From: Eubacteriales bacterium
Lineage (GTDB): Bacteria > Bacillota > Clostridia > Saccharofermentanales > DTU023
Reading direction: 5' to 3'
NCBI GenBank assembly: GCA_030537595.1
Contig: JAUNVR010000004.1
Coordinates: 4,761-68,760, forward strand
Length of the DNA stretch: 64,000 nt
Shown here: positions 45,865 through 54,421 of the stretch, piece after piece
Layout of the letters: each line of letters starts with the position of its first letter
Position numbering within the stretch: position 1 is the stretch's first letter
Program-made: the position numbers and the translations under genes
The notes under the pieces: model-generated
Told to the model about the DNA's origin: nothing
What the model saw: only the letters and a program-made list of their open reading frames with translations
Databases searched by the model: none

Positions 45865-47766
45865 CTAGGATTGCTGATTGCGCTTTACTTTCCTGCTGCT
45901 AGTCATCGGGAAGGGTGTAGTCCGAATAAAGGCAGAGCGTAAATGCTTATAGCTGACCAGCTTATTATTTACCTGCTTAATAATCTGCATGCAGCGATCA
46001 TTAACCAAGGGGTGGTCAAAAGCTAGGCTGTAAAGCTCAGGATCATCGTCCATGAACTGACGCGAGGGATAGATTTCGGCAATCAGCTGCTCACCGCCAC
46101 GGTCATCACGTCCCATCCGCACCACGGCTTCTTCAATTAAGGGATACTGCTTTAGCATGAACTCAATTTCTTCTGGGAAGATATTTTTGCCATTTTTAGA
46201 AACAATCAAATTAGCTTTCCGACCAGTTAGGACGAGGTAGTAGTCCTCATCTAAATAGCCGAGGTCACCAGTATGGAGGAAGCCTTCTTCATCAATTGCT
46301 TCTGCCGTGCGCTCTGGATCATCGAGGTAACCGAGCATAATCGAGTCGGAGCGAGCGATGACCTCACCGACCCCGTTCTCATCGGGGTTGATAATTCTAA
46401 GTTCTGTCCCTGGTAGAGGTAAGCCAGCGGCCTTGTCCTTCGGATTATAATCTGGGTTTAAGGCGATAATTGGGGCAGATTCAGTTAGCCCGTAGCCCTG
46501 CAAGCAGTTAAAGCCCAGAGCCCGCCAGTTCGCAATCAGCTGAGAGTCAACCGCGGCGCCGCCCACGATAAAGCTCTTAATTCCTGGGAAGGCCTCGTGC
46601 ACCTTCTTGAACAGCCTTTGACTCTGGTCTGCTCCGACCAGCTGGGTCAGGCGTGAAAGCTTCAGAATCAGTCTAAAGCCGTGGGTTTTGGCCAGGGAAG
46701 TTTGCACCGTCTTAATTAAGCGATTATAAAAAGTCTCCAGCATGAGTGGCACAATCAGCATGATCGTGGGTTCAACTTCCTTGATATTCTTTGGGATATA
46801 TCTGAGTCCTTCAGAAATTGCGATACAGGCCCCACTGTAAATCGGCGCGAGGAAGCCGCAGGTGCATTCGTAGGTGTGGTGGAGGGGCAGGACAGATAAG
46901 AAGCAATCTTGGGCTGTAACTTGATAAAGTTTCAAGGTTGCATTCAAATTGCTCAGAATATTTGCCTGAGAGAGCTTCACGGCCTTTGATTTAGAAGTCG
47001 TACCTGAAGTAAAGAGTAAAACTGAGAGAGCATCCTCATCTATTTCCAAGCTGTCGACAAAGGGCTTTTCCTGATATAGCTGGCGCCCAGCCTCCAGTAA
47101 ATCCCAGAAGTAAAGCTCGTCCAGCCCTGTCTGGTCAAAGCAGATTAACCTTTGCACGGCGGGCAATTCATCTAATTTCGCACTGAGTTTTGGCAGTAAA
47201 TCGCCAGAGAGTAGGATGGTGTCGCAGTTGGCCCGCTGTAAGCAGTTCAGCAATTCGTCCAGCGGCAGCTCGCGGTCCAAGGGGACAATAGTTGCGGGGC
47301 CCTGGCCGATAGCCAGATAGCTAAGATACCATTCATAGCGGCTTTCACCACAGATTGCGACAGATTTGACTGCGCTTTTAATTTTGCTGCCTTCGCTTGG
47401 ATAACTCTCAAAGGGAGCCAGCTCACCAGCCGGAGTCATAGCGTAAATTGCTGTAGCCAGGGCTTTGACATCTGCTTCATATTGACGGTAGGACAGCGGC
47501 TTATATTCAGGCAGTCGAAGTGGTAGATTGCGCTTGTCAAAGCTAGTTTCCTGACCAAAGGCTCGGGGTTCCTTGAGTAAAAAGGCTGGCCCATCTGGAT
47601 TCTGGCTAGTACCCTGCCTTAAAAGCTCTCTAAAGTTTTTGGCATCCTTGAAAGAGTAAAACTCTGACTTGTAAAGCTCCGGGCCACTGGGGTGGCTTTG
47701 GTACCTTGGAGCCTGCAGGATGCGGCGAAAATTCTCTTCGATTTTCTTTGTACTAATAAAGTCCAT
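45865..47766 (-). CDS. AMP-dependent acyl-CoA synthetase (long-chain fatty acid-CoA ligase-like)
   Basis: The AMP-binding motifs are LFTSGTTSKSKAV, GYGLTE and TGDLGYLDEDYY. Confidence 0.8.
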   Translation of the reverse strand: MDFISTKKIEENFRRILQAPRYQSHPSGPELYKSEFYSFKDAKNFRELLRQGTSQNPDGPAFLLKEPRAFGQETSFDKRNLPLRLPEYKPLSYRQYEADVKALATAIYAMTPAGELAPFESYPSEGSKIKSAVKSVAICGESRYEWYLSYLAIGQGPATIVPLDRELPLDELLNCLQRANCDTILLSGDLLPKLSAKLDELPAVQRLICFDQTGLDELYFWDLLEAGRQLYQEKPFVDSLEIDEDALSVLLFTSGTTSKSKAVKLSQANILSNLNATLKLYQVTAQDCFLSVLPLHHTYECTCGFLAPIYSGACIAISEGLRYIPKNIKEVEPTIMLIVPLMLETFYNRLIKTVQTSLAKTHGFRLILKLSRLTQLVGADQSQRLFKKVHEAFPGIKSFIVGGAAVDSQLIANWRALGFNCLQGYGLTESAPIIALNPDYNPKDKAAGLPLPGTELRIINPDENGVGEVIARSDSIMLGYLDDPERTAEAIDEEGFLHTGDLGYLDEDYYLVLTGRKANLIVSKNGKNIFPEEIEFMLKQYPLIEEAVVRMGRDDRGGEQLIAEIYPSRQFMDDDPELYSLAFDHPLVNDRCMQIIKQVNNKLVSYKHLRSAFIRTTPFPMTSSRKVKRNQQS

Positions 47767-47890
47767 AATCGTTTTATCTCAATCGTTGCTTAGATTTTTT
47801 ATTCTCTCGTTTACTGGAATATTAATTCTAGTTCAGAGCTATGCTTACTGCAATCAGTCTTTCTTAATTTGTGCTTAAACTTTTACCAAG

Positions 47891-49171
47891 CTACTTGATT
47901 TCACAGTAGGGTGGAGTCTTATCTGCTAACTCCAGGAGTACGAAGGCTAGGTTATTGATATTTCTGCTCAGTAAATCAATAGCCTCATCTGGCTCTTCAT
48001 TGTTGTCGCGCGCAGCTTGATTTTGCTCACTTGTGTTGACTGCAAAGTGGGGCAGCAGAATCTGGGTCGAGTCAAAGCCGGATCCGGCAATCCTGCCTCC
48101 GGAGGCATTAAAGAAGGGGTCAGTACTTTCGCGGAAGCTTTGCTGCTCGCTGTTAAAGTCATACTGACCGGATTGAATGAAGACTATTGGATAGCCTGCC
48201 CGGTCAAAGACGCTATGATCACTTTCCACGAGGGTCCACTCCCGGTAGAGAACGGGGATGCCGAGGCTAGGATGAGTGACTTTTTCAGTTGATTGGTTGG
48301 TGTAAATTGCAAAGTTATTGTGGGTTAAGAGCAGATTATTATAGTAAATATCTGTGACCTCGTAGAGTTTCCGCCGCAGGGCATAGTTTTTACTATGCTC
48401 GCCGGTGACCGAGTTTTGCCCAGCGTGAGCATAGATCTTATCTCCAGCGTAGATATTACTGAGATTGACCACGCAGTCAGTTAAGTTTTTATCTTCAGCA
48501 CTTAGGGTGCTAAGTAAAGCTGACGCTCCAGCATAATCGCTATGCCCAGCGCCCAAGAGAACGAGGACGATATCATAGGCTGTTTGATGGCTCTTTAACT
48601 CTTTAGCCAAGCTTAAAAGTACAGCTACAGCGGCACTATTGTCATGGATGCCGTCTGCCTGATTGAAATTTGGCAGAGCGGGACTGCGTTCGCTGAGGGC
48701 CAAGTATTCACTTTCTGAGGCATAGCTATCGTAGTGAGCCATGATGTAGAGTTTTCGCCCACTTAGCTCTGCAGGTGGACGTTGGGAGTCCAGGATGCTG
48801 CTATTTGGATCGTAGTTCGACTCTAGCTTGAAGCCCCGGCCGGGGATTTTGATAATCAGGTTTTGTGACTCTGCCTGCTGGCCGGAATTTAAATAAAATG
48901 AAAAGGGCTGCAGCTCAACCTGGTAGCCGAGTCCTTCAAAAGCCGCTTTAATTAATTCTGCGGCTTGCCTTTCCCCACTGCTGCCAGGGCCTCTTTGCGG
49001 GACTGAACGTGCCAGCTCAACAGCAAAGTCAGCGCCGAAACTACCATAGCGGGCGGGCTTTGCTTCAGCTTCGCTGTCGTGGTGGGAGCAGCCGCTGAAG
49101 ACAAGGGAGAGTGAGATTAGCAAAGCTAAAAGATAGCAGAGTGAAGTTCTTTTTCTGATCACAGGAAACAT
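47891..49171 (-). CDS. M28-family peptidase-like lipoprotein (active-site residues apparently degenerate)
   Basis: The lipoprotein signal MFPVIRKRTSLCYLLALLISLSLVFSGC starts at ATG 49171. The M28 blocks MAHYDS, DNSAAVAVLLSLAKEL and SDHSVFDRAGYP are present. The usual EE pair appears replaced (LGAGHSDYAG). Confidence 0.65.
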   Translation of the reverse strand: MFPVIRKRTSLCYLLALLISLSLVFSGCSHHDSEAEAKPARYGSFGADFAVELARSVPQRGPGSSGERQAAELIKAAFEGLGYQVELQPFSFYLNSGQQAESQNLIIKIPGRGFKLESNYDPNSSILDSQRPPAELSGRKLYIMAHYDSYASESEYLALSERSPALPNFNQADGIHDNSAAVAVLLSLAKELKSHQTAYDIVLVLLGAGHSDYAGASALLSTLSAEDKNLTDCVVNLSNIYAGDKIYAHAGQNSVTGEHSKNYALRRKLYEVTDIYYNNLLLTHNNFAIYTNQSTEKVTHPSLGIPVLYREWTLVESDHSVFDRAGYPIVFIQSGQYDFNSEQQSFRESTDPFFNASGGRIAGSGFDSTQILLPHFAVNTSEQNQAARDNNEEPDEAIDLLSRNINNLAFVLLELADKTPPYCEIK

Positions 49172-49178
49172 TCCTCGT

Positions 49179-49637
49179 TTATTTATTCTTAGTAAAAGGG
49201 ACGAAACAACAGCCGCGACGTAAGCAGCTGAACCAGGCGCAGAAGCAGCAGAGCTGACGTAGACAGCCCGAGTCGATTTGCGAGCTGTTACTTTTATTCC
49301 AGGAGGTCCAGTTGGCACCACGCGCGGAATTTCGACTATCCCTTGCGGAGGCTTGGCCTCTGTCTTGATAGCGCTCAGAGCTTGAGCCAAAGGGGCTACG
49401 GCTCTCTCGACTAGCTTCTTCTGGGAAACTCGAGGCGCCGGTAAAACGGTCAGAAGTCAAGGCGTCATAGGCAGCGTTTAACTCATCCGTGTAGCGTTCG
49501 GAGAGTTGAATCATGCCCGGATCCTTGTACTGACTGGGGTCATATTCTGCCAGTAACTCTAGATAGCGTTGCCGAATTTCTTCGGTACTGGCATCTTCAG
49601 CTAAATTTAAATAATTAAGTGCATCTTTCCGATCCAT
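49179..49637 (-). CDS. J-domain-like protein lacking the HPD motif
   Basis: ALNYLNLAEDASTEEIRQRYLELLAEYDPSQY...ELNAAYDAL follows the J-domain helix II/III pattern, but HPD reads DPS. The ATG at 49637 lies 6 nt after GAGG. Its stop lies 7 nt before the M28 gene start. The C-terminal half is compositionally odd, so the 3' boundary is uncertain. Confidence 0.5.
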   Translation of the reverse strand: MDRKDALNYLNLAEDASTEEIRQRYLELLAEYDPSQYKDPGMIQLSERYTDELNAAYDALTSDRFTGASSFPEEASRESRSPFGSSSERYQDRGQASARDSRNSARGANWTSWNKSNSSQIDSGCLRQLCCFCAWFSCLRRGCCFVPFTKNK

Positions 49638-50532
49638 TTTCAACCTCGTAATCTTGCCAAACTCTATTCATTGTAACACTTTGTTCTTGGCTTTTTTTAA
49701 AGACCTCGGCACGCGAACTAGGGAATGAGCTCAAGATTAGCTGCCTCAGTAGTAGAGTCTGCCTCTGAAAGGGCAGGAGGGCAGCATGGCGGCGTAATTC
49801 AGCTTCTAAATCGAGGATTCTAGCAGGCAGGGCCTGGAGCTCTTCAGAATTCAAATGATTGAGGTAGTTATCACGAGCACGGCGCCGGTCTTTGACCTCG
49901 TCATCGAGGGCGTCGAGTAGGGTAATCCATTCACCTAAGGCAGCCCCGATGCGATAGGCGGCTTCTTCGATCGGGTGCAGTCCCTCTGCGGCGAGGGCTT
50001 TAAAATAGGGGTCAGGGCTGGGCTTTAATTTTTTCGCAGCAAGCTTAAAGAGCTCACCCATCAATTCGCCAAAGCGCTCAACCAGCCCCTCTAGGCTAGC
50101 TTCGTGATCGTAAGCTTCGATTAGAGCCGCAGCCTCCGGCCAGCTCCGGCGCGCCGCTTCAACTTGCCGCCCGATGAGGAGGGCAGATGCCCCGCTGGCT
50201 CTTAGTCTTTGACCGTCTGCTCGATCGTCTTCAATCTTGGCCGCAAAGAGTAAGGGTGAAAGGGTCGCTGCTAGGTCTGTAAAGCGCGTTCTCCGGGCCT
50301 TGGGCCGCTGGATTGAGGGCAGTGGGCAGGCCGCATTCATGACTAGCTCAGCTTCGCTATCTAGAGCGCTAAAAAAGATTGCGAAAAAACACAAGTCGTA
50401 GGATAGCAAAAAGCGGTAACGCAGCTTTCCGAGCTCGCCGAGAGCCAGACAAAGTCCGCAGTAGTACTCTGAATAACTTCGCTCTAAATTTTCTTCTGCG
50501 CTTGTAAAGACTGGCCTAGTATATCCAAACAT
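49615..50532 (-). CDS. Uncharacterized protein, DUF5685-like (MFGY...YYCGLC N-terminus)
   Basis: The 305-aa ORF has the N-terminal pattern MFGYTRP...YSEYYCGLCLALG...RFLLSYD. I recall this as the hallmark of a Firmicutes DUF that is usually found next to a J-domain gene. This assignment is not verified. Confidence 0.55.
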   Translation of the reverse strand: MFGYTRPVFTSAEENLERSYSEYYCGLCLALGELGKLRYRFLLSYDLCFFAIFFSALDSEAELVMNAACPLPSIQRPKARRTRFTDLAATLSPLLFAAKIEDDRADGQRLRASGASALLIGRQVEAARRSWPEAAALIEAYDHEASLEGLVERFGELMGELFKLAAKKLKPSPDPYFKALAAEGLHPIEEAAYRIGAALGEWITLLDALDDEVKDRRRARDNYLNHLNSEELQALPARILDLEAELRRHAALLPFQRQTLLLRQLILSSFPSSRAEVFKKSQEQSVTMNRVWQDYEVENGSERCT

Positions 50533-50607
50533 GCTGGTATGTTATCATTATTGAAGTAGTTATTCTATTGCAATTAGAGAGTTATTTTCTAGCGATAGAA
50601 GGAGGAA

Positions 50608-52086
50608 ATGATGATAAAAGAACAGCTTTGTCGCACCCGTTTTGCACCCAGTCCTACAGGCTTTATGCATATCGGCAACTTACGTTCAGCACTCTATGCC
50701 TATCTTTTGGCTAGAGCAAAACATGGTAAGTTCATTTTGCGAATTGAAGACACCGACCGCGCGCGTCTAGTTGAAGGTGCGGTAGATAAAATTTATTCGA
50801 GTCTTGAAATTTGCGGTTTAGATCACGATGAGGGTCCAGATATTGGCGGCCCCTATGGTCCTTATGTGCAGAGCGAGCGCAAAGATCATTACCTGCCCTA
50901 TGCGCAGGAGCTAATTGACAAATCCGAAGCCTATTATTGTTTCTGCTCGAAGGAACGCTTGGAGGCTTTAGCAGAAAGTGGCCAGATTGGTTATGACCGA
51001 CACTGCCGTGACCTGAGCCCGGAAGAAGTCGAGGCTCGGCTCGCCAAGGGTGAACCATATGTGATTAGGCAAAAGATGCCAAGTAGTGGCAGCAGCGAGT
51101 TTGTCGATGAAGTTTTTGGCCGTATTGTAGTTGATAATAAAGAGCTTGAAGACCAGGTTTTAATTAAGTCTGACGGCTATCCCACCTATAACTTTGCCAA
51201 TGTTATTGATGACCATGAAATGGGGATTACTCATGTCTTGCGTGGCAGCGAGTATCTGTCCTCGACACCGAAGTACCAGCAGCTATACCGGGCCTTGGGT
51301 TGGGCTGAACCAGCCTATGTTCACCTCCCTTTAATTCTCGGCGAAGATGGTAAAAAGCTCTCTAAAAGGCATGGAGCGACCTCCTTGGAAGACTTATTAG
51401 AGGCGGGCTATTTGCCGGAGGCAATCGTCAATTACATCGCCTTCCTCGGCTGGTCTCCAGGTGGCGATACTAGAGAAATCTTTAGCTTAGAGGAGCTCTG
51501 CGAGCACTTTAGCACTGAGCATATCAATAAGGCACCTGCAGTCTTTGACTACAATAAATTAGCCTGGGTCAATGGGCAGTACATTGCAGCCTTAAGTCCT
51601 GAGGAATTCTTGGCCGCAGGGCAAAGCTGGTTAAAAGAAGCCTATAGCGGCTTAAATTCGGAGAATGAAAAAATCCTAGCGGAGATTCTCGGCAGCCGGA
51701 TCCAGAGCTTTTCCGAGATTCCGGAAAAAATTGCCTTCTTAGAAGCTAGACCAGCGCTGACGGCTGAGCTCTTTTACAATAAGCGGCAGAAACTCGATTG
51801 CAATTTGAGCCTTAGGGTTCTGGAGGAGATCTTGCCTGAGCTGGAGAGCTGGACTGAGTGGGAGCGGGAGAAAATCCATACTTACCTGATGAGCTTACCG
51901 GAGCAGCTCGGGCTGAAAACTGGTCAGGTGATGGGTCCGCCACGCCTAGCTTTGGCCGGACAGAAGGTCACCCCAGGTGGTGCAATTGAAATAATGATGA
52001 TTTTAGGCCGTGAGGAAAGCTTAAAGCGCCTCCAATCGGCTGTCGAATTCCTAACAGAGGAGTCCAAAAATGGCAGAGATGACTAA
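50608..52086 (+). CDS. gltX: Glutamyl-tRNA synthetase
   Basis: The HIGH motif is PSPTGFMHIGN and the KMSKS motif is KLSKRHG. The second ATG at 50611 has better spacing to GGAGG. Confidence 0.9.
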   Translation: MMIKEQLCRTRFAPSPTGFMHIGNLRSALYAYLLARAKHGKFILRIEDTDRARLVEGAVDKIYSSLEICGLDHDEGPDIGGPYGPYVQSERKDHYLPYAQELIDKSEAYYCFCSKERLEALAESGQIGYDRHCRDLSPEEVEARLAKGEPYVIRQKMPSSGSSEFVDEVFGRIVVDNKELEDQVLIKSDGYPTYNFANVIDDHEMGITHVLRGSEYLSSTPKYQQLYRALGWAEPAYVHLPLILGEDGKKLSKRHGATSLEDLLEAGYLPEAIVNYIAFLGWSPGGDTREIFSLEELCEHFSTEHINKAPAVFDYNKLAWVNGQYIAALSPEEFLAAGQSWLKEAYSGLNSENEKILAEILGSRIQSFSEIPEKIAFLEARPALTAELFYNKRQKLDCNLSLRVLEEILPELESWTEWEREKIHTYLMSLPEQLGLKTGQVMGPPRLALAGQKVTPGGAIEIMMILGREESLKRLQSAVEFLTEESKNGRDD

Positions 52087-53740
52087 TAATTTTATTCACG
52101 ATTTTATCGTTGAGGATATCGCAGAAGGTGGGCAGTACGAGGGGCAAAGAGTCCATACCCGCTTCCCACCAGAGCCGAATGGCTATTTACATATCGGGCA
52201 CGCCAAGGCGGTCTGCTTAAACTTTGCTACGGCTGCAAAGTTTAATGGCCTATGTAATTTACGAATGGACGATACCAATCCGGTCAAAGAAGATGAGCAG
52301 TATATCGAAGCAATTAAAGAAGATATTCACTGGCTCGGCTTTGATTGGGAGGATCGCTTTTATTACGCTTCTTCCTACTTTGAAGAAATGTACCACTACG
52401 CTGAAGAACTGATTGAAAAAGGCCTTGCCTTCGTCTGTGAGATGTCGGCCGAGGAGATTCGTAACTCACGTGGTACTTTAACCGAGCCCGGCAAGCCCTC
52501 GCCCTGGCGCGATCGTCCGATTGCTGAGAGCTTAGACCTCTTCCGCAGAATGCGCGCGGGCGAGTTCCCCAATGGGGCGATGAGTTTAAGGGCAAAGATC
52601 GATATGAGTTCGGGCAATATCAATATGCGCGACCCTGTCATCTTTAGAATTGCTCATGAGAGCCATCACCAGACTGGTGATGAGTGGTGCATCTACCCGA
52701 TGTACGACTTTGCCCATCCCTTGGAGGACGCAATCGAGGGTATCACTCACTCCCTGTGCTCACTGGAGTTTGAGGATCACAGGCCGCTTTATGACTGGGT
52801 GATCGAAAACTGCTCGGTGCCACATATTCCGCGGCAGATTGAATTTGCTAGACTCAATTTAGAGCACTGCGTCATGAGTAAGCGCTATCTTAGAGAGCTG
52901 GTCGAAAGTGCCCAGGTTAGTGGCTGGGATGATCCCAGAATGCCGACTCTTTGTGGTTTAAGACGTAGAGGTTACACCCCGCAGGCAGTGCGGAACTTTA
53001 TTGATCGGATAGGCGTCTCCAAGGTTGACAGTTTAGTCGCCTATGAATTCCTCGAGTTCTGCCTCCGTGAGGACTTAGATGCTAACGCAAGACGAGCCAT
53101 GGTTGTGAAGGAGCCGATTCAACTGATCATCACGAACTATCCTGAAGGACAAAGTGAAAAGCTAAAGGTTTCCAATCACCCGAAGCGTCCAGAATTAGGC
53201 GAGCATGAGGTCACATTCTCGAAGCGTCTGTGGATCGAGGCAGAGGACTTTAAGATTGATCCGCCAAAGAAATATCACCGCCTCTTCCCAGGCCAGGAAG
53301 TGCGCCTGCGTGGAGCATATATTGTGCGCTGTACCGGCTATGAGGAAAAGGATGGGGAGCTCATCGTATACGCAGAGTATGACCCCGAAACAAGAGGTGG
53401 CACGACTCCGGATGGCCGGAAAGTTCGCGGCACAATTCACTGGGTCGACCAAGCCACAGCAGCGGACTGCGAGCTGAGAATTTACGACAAATTATTTACT
53501 GAGCAAGATCCGAGCGAGTTAATCGGAACTGATGAGTTAAAGATTAATCCTGAGTCTTTGACCGTGGTTAAAAATGCCAAGGCAGAGGCATATTTGGTCG
53601 AGGATGCGGCAGCCGAGCCAGGGCATCGCTACCAATTCATGCGCCAAGGTTACTTCGTGGCAGATTCAGTAGATTTCACTAAGGCAGAGCCGGTCTTCAA
53701 TCTGGCAGTAGGCTTACGGAGTAGTTATAAACCAGAGTAG
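52070..53740 (+). CDS. glnS: Glutaminyl-tRNA synthetase
   Basis: The motifs RFPPEPNGYLHIGHAKA and VMSKRYL are present. The length is 556 aa. It overlaps gltX by 17 nt. Confidence 0.9.
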   Translation: MAEMTNNFIHDFIVEDIAEGGQYEGQRVHTRFPPEPNGYLHIGHAKAVCLNFATAAKFNGLCNLRMDDTNPVKEDEQYIEAIKEDIHWLGFDWEDRFYYASSYFEEMYHYAEELIEKGLAFVCEMSAEEIRNSRGTLTEPGKPSPWRDRPIAESLDLFRRMRAGEFPNGAMSLRAKIDMSSGNINMRDPVIFRIAHESHHQTGDEWCIYPMYDFAHPLEDAIEGITHSLCSLEFEDHRPLYDWVIENCSVPHIPRQIEFARLNLEHCVMSKRYLRELVESAQVSGWDDPRMPTLCGLRRRGYTPQAVRNFIDRIGVSKVDSLVAYEFLEFCLREDLDANARRAMVVKEPIQLIITNYPEGQSEKLKVSNHPKRPELGEHEVTFSKRLWIEAEDFKIDPPKKYHRLFPGQEVRLRGAYIVRCTGYEEKDGELIVYAEYDPETRGGTTPDGRKVRGTIHWVDQATAADCELRIYDKLFTEQDPSELIGTDELKINPESLTVVKNAKAEAYLVEDAAAEPGHRYQFMRQGYFVADSVDFTKAEPVFNLAVGLRSSYKPE

Positions 53741-53789
53741 AAGCAAGGCAGAGAGCAGAATTCAGCTCTATCAATAATGGGAGGACAAA

Positions 53790-54290
53790 ATGGACAGCGG
53801 CATATTTAACAATTTACTAAGCTTAATCAACAATTTCCCTATCTGGCTAATCTGGTTCATTGTTGCCATCATCTTCTTTATCGTCGAGGCTGCAACCGTC
53901 AGTTTATGTACGATTTGGTTTGGCTTTGGTGCCTTACTTGCCCTGCTGGCCTCCTTACTCGGCTGGGGCATGGGGACTCAGATTATAATCTTTTTCCTAG
54001 TCTCCAGTGTCAGCTTAGCCTTCTTCCTGCTCTTTTTCCGGCCCAAAATTAAAGGCGCAAGAAGACAGCCTGATCGCACGAATGCGGATCGGATTATTGA
54101 TGAAATTGGCGTCGTAGTCAAAGAAATTAATCCGATGCTCGGGGCCGGGCAAATTTTAGTCCAGAAACAGTACTGGACAGCTAGCACAGCAGATCAATCA
54201 AGCGTGCCAGTCGGGGCAAAGGTCAAGGTCTTGCGCATTGAAGGCGTGAAGGCGATTGTTGAGACCTTACCGGAGGCCGCAGCAGAATAA
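53790..54290 (+). CDS. NfeD-family membrane protein
   Basis: It has three N-terminal TM helices and a C-terminal OB-like domain (GAKVKVLRIEGVKAIVE). It lies upstream of an SPFH gene, the usual pairing. Confidence 0.75.
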   Translation: MDSGIFNNLLSLINNFPIWLIWFIVAIIFFIVEAATVSLCTIWFGFGALLALLASLLGWGMGTQIIIFFLVSSVSLAFFLLFFRPKIKGARRQPDRTNADRIIDEIGVVVKEINPMLGAGQILVQKQYWTASTADQSSVPVGAKVKVLRIEGVKAIVETLPEAAAE

Positions 54291-54421
54291 GCAGGGTACG
54301 CCTGCTTTGTGACTCATCAGCCGCAAGGATTTTGGCGCAGATAGCAAGGTAGAGAAGCTCTAATTAAATCTACTAAAGCTACTTAGATTGAAGAAAGTCA
54401 AAAGCTAATGGAGGAAAAATC

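Noticed and set aside
49172-49390. A 73-codon N-terminal extension of the M28 ORF begins at the TTG at 49390 in the ORF track.
   Set aside because: A canonical lipoprotein signal peptide begins at the internal ATG at 49171, immediately after the stop of the upstream J-like ORF. The extension overlaps that ORF in another frame. The ambiguity is kept as a finding.
50533-50607. A T-box leader might be expected upstream of gltX.
   Set aside because: The intergenic region is only 75 nt, far shorter than a T-box. No T-box consensus sequence is visible.
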